Assembly (NCBI GenBank): GCA_001823925.1
Contig: MHWB01000004.1
Span: 22,390 to 86,389 of the forward strand
From: Candidatus Zambryskibacteria bacterium RIFCSPLOWO2_01_FULL_39_39
GTDB taxonomy: Bacteria; Patescibacteriota; Minisyncoccia; Phycocordibacterales; WO2-35-19
Reading direction: 5' to 3'
Length of the DNA stretch: 64,000 nt
In this document: positions 48,160-57,075 of the stretch, piece by piece
Layout of the letters: each line of letters starts with the position of its first letter
How positions within the stretch are numbered: position 1 is the stretch's first letter
Translations under genes and position numbers: made by a program
The notes under the pieces: model-generated
What the model saw: only the letters and a program-made list of their open reading frames with translations
The model's database searches: none
Told to the model about the DNA's origin: nothing

Positions 48160-49974
48160 TTAGTTTTCGCCTTTCAAAATTTTTCGCAAAACATCTTCTG
48201 GTACTTCCTTTGTCTCATCAGCGCTTTTGATGGATGTTGGTGTTTTTTCTTTACCCACATCTTGTGCCTTTTCACTTTCTAACTTTTTTAACGCTTCTTT
48301 CAGAGAATTTACATTTTCTGGCGATGGTTCCTTGTTTTTGTTTTTATTTCCGAGTCTTAATTCATTTAGCGACATCGTCTCTTTTTTTTGTTCCGGCTTC
48401 ATCTCTTCTTTTGTATTTTCTTTGCTTTTTATCGCTTCTCCTATTGCTTTTGCTAAAATATTTGTTTTCTCCACTTTTGGTGGCTCAATTTTGATTTCTT
48501 TGATTTCCGGTTTTTTTATTTCTATGGGTTTGGTTTGTTCGTATTTTATTTCTTTTCTTTCTGGAAGTGCCTCCTTCTTAACTTCTACTTTTTCACTTCG
48601 TATTTGCAAACTCCCGCCCGCCGGGGCAACGTTTCGGACAAGTTGCTCAGGTTGACCCGCCCGCCCCGGCTTCACCGCAGACGAGTCGGGCAGGTGCCAC
48701 TCTTTTATAGCTTTTTCCACTTCTTCCTTGGGATTTGCGTAAGTTTTCCTAGACATTTCCAATGCTTCGTCTCTAAAAGAAATCTCTGGTTTCAGGATGG
48801 CGGGCAGGGTGGTAGCTGAAAATGGTTGGGAGGCAACTTGGTCTATCATCAGTTTCAAATATACTTGATACAAACCCAAGTTTACAATATCCTCCATAGT
48901 AAAGACGGGAGCAAATTCTTTCTCCAAAATTTCGGCATCAAACGAGCCAACCCTGAAAGCCACCATTGTGCCCACGTTGCCAAAAACCGCCGCCTTCACT
49001 TCTTCGGCCATTTGTTCAATATATTGATGGGTAATATTTAGGCCTAATTTATATTTTCTAGATTCAGACAAAATATCGGCAAAGCTTTTGTTAGCAAAAG
49101 ATTGAAACTCATCCACATATAAATAAAAATTTGGAAGTTTCTTGAGCTCTTTTGGATCAACATCGGCACGAGACATTGCAGCCAAATATATTTTGGTCAC
49201 AAGCATTGAACCCAAAAGGTTGGCGTTGCCCTCACCCACCAATCCTTTAGACAAATTTACTATCAAAATTTTCTTCTCATCCATTATTTTTCTAACATCA
49301 AAAGAAGATTTGGGCTGACCTATAATATTTCTAATAAGTGGATTAGAAACAAACTGGCCAACTTTGTTTTGAATGGCTGGTGTCGCTTCAGCCGCATATT
49401 TGTCTGTATATTTAGCAAATTCATCAACCCAAAAAGATCTGGTGGTTGGATCTGTAACATTATCTACTACTTTGTTTCTATAAACTTTGTCGGTCAGCAT
49501 CCTGTTTATACCAAGCATAGTAGCTCCCGGATATTCAAGCAAAGCCGCCAAGGTGTTTTGCAAAATATAAGCCATCCTAGATGACCACTGATCTTCCCAA
49601 ATTTTTTCAAAAGCGCTCATAAGTCCTGAAACCACCAAGTGTCTTCTTTCGGGACCAACGTCTTCCATTACATTAAACGAAACGGGGAACTCGGTATCAA
49701 ACGGAGCAAAATAAATAACATCTTTGACGCGGTGTTCTGGAATATAATCAAGCAAAAGATCAGCGGTCTTGCCGTGCGGATCTAAAAAAGCCATCCCTTC
49801 GCCGTTTTGGATATCTTGAATAGCCATATTTTCAAGCATGGTTGATTTGCCCATACCAGTCTTGCCAATAGAGTAAACGTGGCGAAGACGGTCTTCATCT
49901 TTAATGCCAAACTTCACTCGCTTATTACGCGCATCTGTCTCGGCAAAATATGTTATATGATTAGAATTATCCAT
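48160..49974 (-). CDS. VirD4/TraD/HerA-like P-loop ATPase with a charged low-complexity tail
   Basis: Walker A GKTGMGKST, 'DPHG', Walker B 'LYVDEFQ', 'ESRKY.L....HQY..Q'; ATG 49974 follows TG-TATAAT. Confidence 0.88.
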   Translation of the reverse strand: MDNSNHITYFAETDARNKRVKFGIKDEDRLRHVYSIGKTGMGKSTMLENMAIQDIQNGEGMAFLDPHGKTADLLLDYIPEHRVKDVIYFAPFDTEFPVSFNVMEDVGPERRHLVVSGLMSAFEKIWEDQWSSRMAYILQNTLAALLEYPGATMLGINRMLTDKVYRNKVVDNVTDPTTRSFWVDEFAKYTDKYAAEATPAIQNKVGQFVSNPLIRNIIGQPKSSFDVRKIMDEKKILIVNLSKGLVGEGNANLLGSMLVTKIYLAAMSRADVDPKELKKLPNFYLYVDEFQSFANKSFADILSESRKYKLGLNITHQYIEQMAEEVKAAVFGNVGTMVAFRVGSFDAEILEKEFAPVFTMEDIVNLGLYQVYLKLMIDQVASQPFSATTLPAILKPEISFRDEALEMSRKTYANPKEEVEKAIKEWHLPDSSAVKPGRAGQPEQLVRNVAPAGGSLQIRSEKVEVKKEALPERKEIKYEQTKPIEIKKPEIKEIKIEPPKVEKTNILAKAIGEAIKSKENTKEEMKPEQKKETMSLNELRLGNKNKNKEPSPENVNSLKEALKKLESEKAQDVGKEKTPTSIKSADETKEVPEDVLRKILKGEN

Positions 49975-49994
49975 TGATACCATTATACAATATA

Positions 49995-50094
49995 AATTAT
50001 TCTAATTATACTAATTGACCTAATTATTCTAAACAAACCCCAATTCCAAATTTCTCAATTTAGGTTAATTAGAAATTATAATAATTAGGTCAAT
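49995..50094. repeat. Inverted arrays of a 9-bp CTAATTnnn unit
   Basis: 49995-50045 matches the reverse complement of 61253-61303 at 46/51 positions; an inverted array follows at ~50060-50094. Confidence 0.8.
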
Positions 50095-51277
50095 CTTTCA
50101 GAAGTGCAGCTTCTGTGTAGGTATTCCCCGGATCCCAAAGCATCCACGATGTTAAACCAACATCATAGGTGGCTTGGATTTGTTTGCGAACCATTTCGGC
50201 CGTGTAGTGCACTGGGTAATCATTGTCTTGAAGCCAAGGACGAAGTTGTAATGGATTTATTCTTTCTAGAACTTTTGCATCAGGTGTGGACGAAGCAATT
50301 TCTTTTTCCAAAAAATTTGTCCTAGCTACTCCCGCTCCCATACTAAATTTTATTATTTCATATGGCACTTTGTTTGGGTCAGGCCAACCATTAAATTTGG
50401 GCGGGTAGTGAGACGGGTAGACCATAGGAGAGACGTAGTCAAAATTTAAAAGTGCGTATTCCAAAACCTGACCAATACCTAAATCATCGGTGTTAGTCGT
50501 CGTCATCCCAAACAAATCAGCCGAAGTGACCACCCCTGTCCCTGCAATTTTAGAATCTAAGTATTCAAAAAATTGTCGGAGTATCTCTTTTTTGGTGGTA
50601 GTGCCTGTATGAGTAAAGCTTATGTCTTTCATATCACCATCAGATGGAAAACGAATATAATCAAAATTTATTTCATCAAATCCAATCGCATAAGAAGAGG
50701 TAGCTATGGAAATTATATAATCCCAAAAAGGACGAGCGCCAACGTCTATAAAAGAAATGCCTTTCCTGTCTTTCCAGACTCCACCATCACTTTTTCTTTT
50801 TACCGCCAAATTTGGGTGAGCTTTGGCAAAAGCGGGGTCTTGGAAAACCGTTACCCGACCAATCACATAAATATTTTTATTATGTAAATTTTCTACAAAC
50901 TCCTGCATATCAGAAACTTTACACCCGGTCCCAACAATAGAATCTATCTCTTTATTTCCAGTCAAAAAAGAGACTGTCCCTGTATAATCTTTTATATCTA
51001 TTATTATGGAGTTCAACTCTGTATCGTCTATAAGCCTCACCACCTTATCTCTAAAACTTGGCGTACCCGCCACACACTGCGTCATATAAACACCTTTTAG
51101 GGGCTCTGGGGTTTTCAAATGTTTTACTTCTTTTTCCTTGGCTATATTTGTAGGATTTGTGGTGATCGCCAAAGATTCGCCATAATAAGATTCGGAAGAA
51201 AAAGTGAAAGAAGAAATAAAAAAAAGTAGAGCAGTCCCTACGATACCTACACCCAAAATTCTTCTAATATTTGTCAT
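50090..51277 (-). CDS. Putative glycoside hydrolase (DUF4015-like), membrane-anchored
   Basis: N-terminal TM; 'IIDIKD..G', 'GFDEINFDYIRFP', 'SPMVYPSHY', 'RPWLQD'. Confidence 0.82.
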   Translation of the reverse strand: MTNIRRILGVGIVGTALLFFISSFTFSSESYYGESLAITTNPTNIAKEKEVKHLKTPEPLKGVYMTQCVAGTPSFRDKVVRLIDDTELNSIIIDIKDYTGTVSFLTGNKEIDSIVGTGCKVSDMQEFVENLHNKNIYVIGRVTVFQDPAFAKAHPNLAVKRKSDGGVWKDRKGISFIDVGARPFWDYIISIATSSYAIGFDEINFDYIRFPSDGDMKDISFTHTGTTTKKEILRQFFEYLDSKIAGTGVVTSADLFGMTTTNTDDLGIGQVLEYALLNFDYVSPMVYPSHYPPKFNGWPDPNKVPYEIIKFSMGAGVARTNFLEKEIASSTPDAKVLERINPLQLRPWLQDNDYPVHYTAEMVRKQIQATYDVGLTSWMLWDPGNTYTEAALLKD

Positions 51278-51281
51278 AATA

Positions 51282-51578
51282 TTATAACTTCTCTACCACT
51301 TCTTGCTTTAAAATTGACCCTGAACCATCTTCTTTTGCATAAATATTTGATACCTCTTCCCCCTCCCCCTTAAGGTAAGGGGGATTAAGGGGGTTATTTT
51401 TTTTAATTCTTGACTTTGGTTTCGCTTGCAATTTTTTCAAAATAGTTGGCCCCAAGGCAACTATTATCAAAAATATCCCTGACAAAAATACAAGAGTATT
51501 TTTCCAAGTCCCTGGGATGCCAAAGAGTGGTAGGAGGGCTATCCAAACCCCAAACGAAATATAAAAATTATTTTTCAT
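51282..51578 (-). CDS. Small membrane protein
   Basis: Two TMs 'GVWIALLPLFGIPGTWK'; the tail contains a translated hairpin repeat. Confidence 0.7.
   Translation of the reverse strand: MKNNFYISFGVWIALLPLFGIPGTWKNTLVFLSGIFLIIVALGPTILKKLQAKPKSRIKKNNPLNPPYLKGEGEEVSNIYAKEDGSGSILKQEVVEKL
51364..51395 (-). repeat. Pyrimidine-leader + hairpin element (DUF559-associated family), copy 1
   Basis: AACCCCCTTAA-TCCCCCTTA-CCT-TAAGGGGGA on the minus strand. Confidence 0.7.
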
Positions 51579-51667
51579 AAAAGCATTTTAACATAAAAAT
51601 TTTTTAATCAAAAAGAAAACCCCCACACCTTGCGGCGTGGGGGGTCGGGCACTAGACCCAAACCAAA

Positions 51668-52771
51668 CTAACTAGCAACAGACTCGGCAACCTCGGATTC
51701 GGTGGTTACCTCGGATTCGGATCCTGCGGCTACCACTTCCTCTGCCACTCGCTGGATGTCATCCAGCAATTTTTCGGTCGGCACCGAGGACTCTTCCGAC
51801 TCCTCATGCAATGCCTCAACCTCTTCCTTGGGAACATACTTTCCCCGCGGAATCGGCTTTTGGGACTTCATTGCCGCAACCTTCCTCATCAACCAATGGT
51901 CGGAACCAATAAAACCCATTTGGTTCGGGCCCATATGATTGACCGCACTCTTGGCGTCGTAGAGAAGATCCTTGGTGACTTCTTTTCCAACCGCCAAACA
52001 GCAGTCAATAATGAAGGAAATCCGGTACGGAGAGGTTTTGTTTTCGACCCTCTCAGCTTGGATCTGCTTCACCACTGCCGACACTCCTCCTTCTCCAAAG
52101 AGAAGGTCCTGGACCAACTCTTTGGGGCAGTTCTTAATGAACATTGAGGCATTTTGCCGATCGAGGAAGAGATTTTTCTTCATCTTCTCGGTGAGGCGCT
52201 CCCAGTCGACCTTTTCAACGAGAAGCCCAGGGTACAGGACATCATACACCCCGTCACGACACTTGTCCCAATAATCGCGACCGTGGCCACCATCTTTTGG
52301 ACTCATACCCATCAGTGTCCTGAACACACCCATGGGAGTGTGGTCCTCCAGCTCCAGCTGAATCGCCGCCTTCGCCAACTTTTCGGCGAATAGGTTGCCG
52401 CCCTCGATCGTCTCCGTTTTCCGAACGACTCCCAATGTCCTCGCCGGCACCGTGTCGGCAACAGGCTTCTTGGGTGGGAGCACCGCCGACGGTGGTGGCG
52501 CCACGGGCTTGGACACCTGCTGTTGGGCGGGTGGGGCCGACACTGCCGGCACCGCTACTACGACATCGGTTTTCTGTCGCCCGTCCGGCACCGACATCGC
52601 CGTGGCGATCTCGACCCAAAACTTCTGGCTGTCTCCGAAGATCGTCCTGGTTGCTTCCGCCCTCTCGGACAGAGAAGCATTTTTGTTGTTCAGGATTTGG
52701 ATGGCCTCAGCGGCCCTCTTGAGAAAATCCTCGACCCCATTCGTGGTGAGGATGTTCGTCGTGTTCATCAT
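51668..52771 (-). CDS. Hypothetical protein, GC-richer, with a Pro-rich linker and an acidic tail
   Basis: Long ORF; AAGGA SD before ATG 52771; terminator ~51616-51645. Confidence 0.7.
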   Translation of the reverse strand: MMNTTNILTTNGVEDFLKRAAEAIQILNNKNASLSERAEATRTIFGDSQKFWVEIATAMSVPDGRQKTDVVVAVPAVSAPPAQQQVSKPVAPPPSAVLPPKKPVADTVPARTLGVVRKTETIEGGNLFAEKLAKAAIQLELEDHTPMGVFRTLMGMSPKDGGHGRDYWDKCRDGVYDVLYPGLLVEKVDWERLTEKMKKNLFLDRQNASMFIKNCPKELVQDLLFGEGGVSAVVKQIQAERVENKTSPYRISFIIDCCLAVGKEVTKDLLYDAKSAVNHMGPNQMGFIGSDHWLMRKVAAMKSQKPIPRGKYVPKEEVEALHEESEESSVPTEKLLDDIQRVAEEVVAAGSESEVTTESEVAESVAS

Positions 52772-52871
52772 GATAGAATCCTTTCTTGATTCTGTTTCAA
52801 AGGTCCATAAACACATCTCGCATTAACATGGTGCAAATGCAGACGCAAATATTCGTATCTAATCTACCTAC

Positions 52872-52900
52872 AGTATAGCAAATCTTGTATCAAATGTCAA
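52872..52900 (-). promoter_or_regulatory. Near-consensus sigma70 promoter
   Basis: TTGACA-17 nt-TATACT with an extended -10 TG; abuts the terminator hairpin 52899-52932 of the upstream gene. Confidence 0.75.
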
Positions 52901-52957
52901 GCCCGATCTACGCTACTGCGCGGATCGGGCTTTTGGTGGCTCAACAGAGCCATATTT

Positions 52958-53614
52958 TTAGCGAGAGACTTTGGCGAAGTACCTCGCCACCATGTTGGCA
53001 AACTCCCTCCGCCGCCGGCATGTCCCGACATGGGGTGGAGTCAAAACGAAATGGTTTTCCGGTCTTATACTAACTACATACTCCCGAAAATCCAAAGGTA
53101 CAAATAATGGCGCCCCTTCCTCTGACGATTTTTTATTGTCTTTCTGCCACTTAGCAAGTCCACTCTTGAACCGAAACAAGTCGGACTGAAATTGAACTTC
53201 CGAGTACACCTCCCCTTCAAATTTACTGATCCAAAAATCTCGGAGAGAGACGAGTTCTCTAAATCCAATACTGAATGCGTCAATTGTTACCAAGTAAGGA
53301 AAAAGCCTCGGGAGAAAAAATAAGCCATCAGTTTGATGCTTTGCATCTGCCTTGGTATCCACTGTCGGGAGAAAGATGAGTCCGCTCGACTCTACCCCCA
53401 GCTTGTTCAGCTCTACCTCTACATGGTAGTAGAGAGATCTCCCTTTATTACAATCCGGATGTTTATCTGGATGTTTTGTCCTTGATTCCTCAATGATAGT
53501 TAAGACGTCCGACCCAAAATCTGCCTCCTCTCCTTTATATCTTTCTTTGAGATCCTCGCCGCTCGAGCGACAATTGAAGATTTCTCTCTCAAAATCAAAA
53601 CCTCTTGTAGACAT
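52958..53614 (-). CDS. Hypothetical protein
   Basis: 218-aa ORF with an AGGAAGG SD and a downstream hairpin. Confidence 0.65.
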   Translation of the reverse strand: MSTRGFDFEREIFNCRSSGEDLKERYKGEEADFGSDVLTIIEESRTKHPDKHPDCNKGRSLYYHVEVELNKLGVESSGLIFLPTVDTKADAKHQTDGLFFLPRLFPYLVTIDAFSIGFRELVSLRDFWISKFEGEVYSEVQFQSDLFRFKSGLAKWQKDNKKSSEEGAPLFVPLDFREYVVSIRPENHFVLTPPHVGTCRRRREFANMVARYFAKVSR

Positions 53615-53659
53615 ATCATATGGTACCTTCCTACTTTACATAGTACCAAATGTATGTTT

Positions 53660-54571
53660 TTAAGTCAAATCCCTATTTTTCCAATTATCTATAGTCACAA
53701 GCAGAGTAGAGCCAATGAAAATAGAGGAGTAGGTACCAACAGTTATACCGATGAGCAGAGCCAAAGAAAAGTTTTTGATAGCTTCGGGTCCAAAAATATA
53801 AAGCACCAAAATGGCGAGTAGAGTAGTGAGCGAAGTATTTATGGAGCGAACAAACGTCTCGTTTATACTCTCCCCCACTATAGTTTCAAAATTTTTACCT
53901 TCTCTGTGTTCTTCATTTTTATGTAAATTTTCTCTGACTCTATCAAAAACAACAATGGTGTCGTGAACAGAAAATCCAAGTATCACGAGGAGTGCCGTCA
54001 CAAAAAGAGTGTCCACTTCAAAACCATAAAAATGCCCGAGCAGAGCAAAGATGCCGGTCGGCACCAAGACATCGTGGAGCAGGGCGAGCACGGTCACGAC
54101 TCCATAAATCCAAGATGATATTGGTTTAGAAACTTTTCTAAAAGCAAAAGCAATAAAAAATACGATTGCCAGAAGTACCAAAACTATTGATATCCAGGAC
54201 TTGTAAATAGCCTCTTTGCCTAATATTGGTCCAACATTGCTAAAAGTTTTCTCCAAAGGGGAATGCGAGCCACCAAAAGAAAAGGCTTCCATCACTTGAT
54301 TTTTCTCTTCTTGGGTTACCTCTTTCATCCTAATGATAAAACCGTCCTTTCCAGCTTTACGAATCAAGACTTCGCCAAATCCTTTGTCTTTCAAACTTTC
54401 TTCTAAAGCTTTGACTTCCGGAAGTCCCCCTTCATAAGAAATAGAAAGCAAACTGCCACCAGTAAAATCAATACCCGGTTTAAGTCCCCAAAAGAAAATT
54501 GAAAATACCGATACTGCCAAGAGTATTATTGATAGAAAATAAAATATTTTTCTGTGTTTTACAATTAGCAT
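53660..54571 (-). CDS. secF: Protein translocase subunit SecF
   Basis: 'GIDFTGGS', 'LLHDV', 'GFSVHDTIVVFDRVREN', 'RSINTS', 'GTYSSIFI'. Confidence 0.97.
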   Translation of the reverse strand: MLIVKHRKIFYFLSIILLAVSVFSIFFWGLKPGIDFTGGSLLSISYEGGLPEVKALEESLKDKGFGEVLIRKAGKDGFIIRMKEVTQEEKNQVMEAFSFGGSHSPLEKTFSNVGPILGKEAIYKSWISIVLVLLAIVFFIAFAFRKVSKPISSWIYGVVTVLALLHDVLVPTGIFALLGHFYGFEVDTLFVTALLVILGFSVHDTIVVFDRVRENLHKNEEHREGKNFETIVGESINETFVRSINTSLTTLLAILVLYIFGPEAIKNFSLALLIGITVGTYSSIFIGSTLLVTIDNWKNRDLT

Positions 54572-54577
54572 AGCTTT

Positions 54578-55906
54578 TTATTTTTCCTCTCCTCCCCTTT
54601 GGGGAGGGGTTGGGGTGGGGTTATCCTTACTCATAGCAAATAATATAGTCCTAGAAGCAGTCACTGCGCTAAACATTGAAACCAAGACACCGATAAGGAA
54701 AACCAGAGCAAAGCCCTTGATGACCGGCGTAGAAGCAAAATAATACAAAATAACAGCCGTTATTATACTAGAAAGGTTGGAGTCGCGGATAGAACTCCAT
54801 GCTCGACGGAAACCTTCTTTTAAAGCTTCATATTTGTTTTTACCTCTTTTTAATTCTTCTTTGGTTCTTTCAAAGATTAAAATATTGGCGTCCACTGCCA
54901 TACCAATAGAAAGTATGAAGCCAGCAATGCCCGCCGCGGTGAGCGTCACCGGTATAAGCTTAAACAAAACCAAATTGATAATCGTATAAATAGTTAGCGC
55001 CAAGACAGCTACAAAACCTTGAAACTTATACCAAGCGATTAAAAACAGAGCCACCACAACAAAAGCATAAAGTCCAGCTTTAACGCTCGCATCCACTGCC
55101 CTGTCTCCCAAGGTGGCTCCGATAGTTTCGGTGCTCAAAAGAGAAATCGGCATTGGCAAGGCGCCATAATTTAAATCACGAACAACTTGCTTAGCCATTT
55201 CGGGAGTGAAGTCTCCGGTGATGACGGCTTCACCGCCAGTTATTTCTTCTCTAATATACGGTGCCTCTACCAAGGTGCCATCCAAGAAAATACCCAAAAC
55301 ATCACCTGTATTTTCTCTGGTAATTTTGGCAAAAAGATCTGCCCCTTCTTCATTAAACTTCAAACCAATAATCGGCTTGTTTGCAAAATTTTGATCAAAT
55401 TGGATACTAGCTTTTTGGAGCATTCTACCTGTAAGACCAGTCTCCAAAAACATACTTGAAACACTCGCCTTATCCAATGTTTCCCCTTCCAATTTTATTT
55501 TATCCTGTCCCTCTTTAGATAAAATCTTAAATTCTAGAGTTGGAGTTTCGCCTATTCTTTTGATTGCTTCATTTACATCAGTTATCCCCGGAAGCTCCAC
55601 GATAAGCCTCTGTTCTCTCTGACCACCAAGCACCCCCCCTTCTTCTATCTGAACAATCGGCTCTGACACCCCAAAAAGGTTTACACGCCTCTCTATAGTA
55701 TCACGCAAAGACTGCATCGCTCCCGAAATATCACCACTCTGAATTTCTGAGGTATCAGCTTTATAAACCAAGTGGGTCCCCCCAGAAAGATCTAGTCCTA
55801 GTTTAAATTTGCGACTAGCGTCTGGCTTTTGGCTATTCCAAATAAAAAAACCAGCCACTATTGCGAGTGCGATCATAATTATTGCCCAAAATCGGTATTT
55901 AGCCAT
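54578..55906 (-). CDS. secD: Protein translocase subunit SecD
   Basis: 'LGLDLSGG', 'RRVN..GVSEP', 'IGMAVDANILIFER..EE', 'DSN'. Confidence 0.97.
   Translation of the reverse strand: MAKYRFWAIIMIALAIVAGFFIWNSQKPDASRKFKLGLDLSGGTHLVYKADTSEIQSGDISGAMQSLRDTIERRVNLFGVSEPIVQIEEGGVLGGQREQRLIVELPGITDVNEAIKRIGETPTLEFKILSKEGQDKIKLEGETLDKASVSSMFLETGLTGRMLQKASIQFDQNFANKPIIGLKFNEEGADLFAKITRENTGDVLGIFLDGTLVEAPYIREEITGGEAVITGDFTPEMAKQVVRDLNYGALPMPISLLSTETIGATLGDRAVDASVKAGLYAFVVVALFLIAWYKFQGFVAVLALTIYTIINLVLFKLIPVTLTAAGIAGFILSIGMAVDANILIFERTKEELKRGKNKYEALKEGFRRAWSSIRDSNLSSIITAVILYYFASTPVIKGFALVFLIGVLVSMFSAVTASRTILFAMSKDNPTPTPPQRGGEEK
54591..54622 (-). repeat. Pyrimidine-leader + hairpin element, copy 2 (encodes the SecD C-terminus)
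   Basis: AACCCCACCCCAACC-CCTCCCC-AAA-GGGGAGG on the minus strand. Confidence 0.7.
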
Positions 55907-55949
55907 ATTGGACACATATTATATGAAAACTCGTTCAGATTCAATACCT

Positions 55950-55987
55950 AACCTTCCCCCATCCCCTTCCTTACATTAAGGAAGGGG
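55950..55987 (+). repeat. Pyrimidine-leader + hairpin element, copy 3
   Basis: AACCTTCCCCCAT-CCCCTTCCTTA-CAT-TAAGGAAGGGG. Confidence 0.75.
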
Positions 55988-55993
55988 TGACTA

Positions 55994-56371
55994 CTATTTC
56001 TCATTTAGAGATTTAATTTTATTTTGCAATTTATCTAATACACTTTTTATATCGTTTAAAACGTCATCGTTCCAGAATCTAATAGTGTCTACATCTAAGT
56101 TTCTTAAATATTTATCTCTATCCTGGTCATAGACTTTTCGTTCTTCCTTATTGTGAATCTCTCCATCAACTTCTATTCCTAAACGAATTTTGGAGCAGTA
56201 AAAATCTAAAACGTACGGTCCGACACTGTATTGCCTTAAAAATCTTAGTCCTAAGATTTTATCGTGAGATATATATTTCCATAATAACTTCTCAGCAGAA
56301 GTTTGATTGTTGCGAAGATCCCTGCGTCTATCTCTTAAAGATTTATGGTTGTAGAGAAATTTGGAGTCCAT
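55994..56371 (-). CDS. DUF559 / Vsr-like endonuclease domain protein
   Basis: 'RR.LR...T.AE..LW', 'F.RQY.VGPY.LDFYC....L.IEVDG.IH', 'D..RD.YL......IRFWN'. Confidence 0.9.
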   Translation of the reverse strand: MDSKFLYNHKSLRDRRRDLRNNQTSAEKLLWKYISHDKILGLRFLRQYSVGPYVLDFYCSKIRLGIEVDGEIHNKEERKVYDQDRDKYLRNLDVDTIRFWNDDVLNDIKSVLDKLQNKIKSLNEK

Positions 56372-56403
56372 ACTAATAATTATAACCTATCTCTTTTATT
56401 TCT

Positions 56404-56436
56404 AATCTCCTTAGCCCCCCTTACTTTAAAGGGAGG
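56404..56436 (+). repeat. Pyrimidine-leader + hairpin element, copy 4 (degenerate)
   Basis: AATCTCCTTAG-CCCCCCTTA-CTT-TAAAGGGAGG. Confidence 0.65.
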
Positions 56437-56511
56437 TATGCCACACTCGAGTACAAATATGATCTAGAATTTATTGATTTAATATTGTTGGTGTTTAGCC
56501 TCTATGGAAAT

Positions 56512-56925
56512 TTAATTAAAATTTTGAAGTTGTTTCGTTAACTGTTCTTTTTCTTCATCTAATTTTCTTACTTTTCTTTCCGCTTCAGTTATAATTGCAA
56601 ATTGTTCATCCCGCAATTTACCAATTCTGTTTATTTCTTCGATTAGCTTTTCTCTCTGTTCTGCTTTCTCATTCTCTTCATAACTTTTATCGGCTTCGCC
56701 ACTTTCCATGAATTTTATTTGATCATTTCTCATAGAAAGTTCAAAAGTCTTTTCTTCCAGGAGTTTTTTAGCTTTCATCTTTTCATCCTCGTTAGCAGCT
56801 TCAGCAATTTGTCTATTTAGCTCTTCGATTTCAGTATTTATTCTTTCAATTCTTTCCCTCGTTTCTTTGAGATCTGTCCTTTTTATTTCTTCAATTCTAC
56901 TTTTTGGTTTTGGTTCTCCTTCCAT
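56512..56925 (-). CDS. Coiled-coil hypothetical protein
   Basis: E/K/R-rich heptads; ATG 56925 preferred. Confidence 0.7.
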   Translation of the reverse strand: MEGEPKPKSRIEEIKRTDLKETRERIERINTEIEELNRQIAEAANEDEKMKAKKLLEEKTFELSMRNDQIKFMESGEADKSYEENEKAEQREKLIEEINRIGKLRDEQFAIITEAERKVRKLDEEKEQLTKQLQNFN

Positions 56926-56995
56926 ATTTTTTATGAGTATTAATATCCACATTATCACAAGCCGCCACTTCACTGTCAACCTCAAATTTTAGTCA

Positions 56996-57033
56996 CCTCC
57001 TCTTTAAGATAAAGAGGAGGCTGGGAGGAGATT
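56996..57033 (-). repeat. Pyrimidine-leader + hairpin element, copy 5
   Basis: AATCTCCTCCCAG-CCTCCTCTTTA-TCT-TAAAGAGGAGG on the minus strand; partial copy at ~57039-57057. Confidence 0.75.
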
Positions 57034-57075
57034 AGAGAAAAAGGGGTTTGGGAGATTATTTTTTTGAAGAGGAGA

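Noticed and set aside
48160-49983. Conjugative element / ICE
   Set aside because: Coupling-protein-like ATPase only; no relaxase, VirB4, integrase or att sites seen
51702-52826. Many overlapping plus-strand ORFs (also 20789-21376 on the minus strand)
   Set aside because: Shadow ORFs expected in GC-richer genes; no motifs or expression signals
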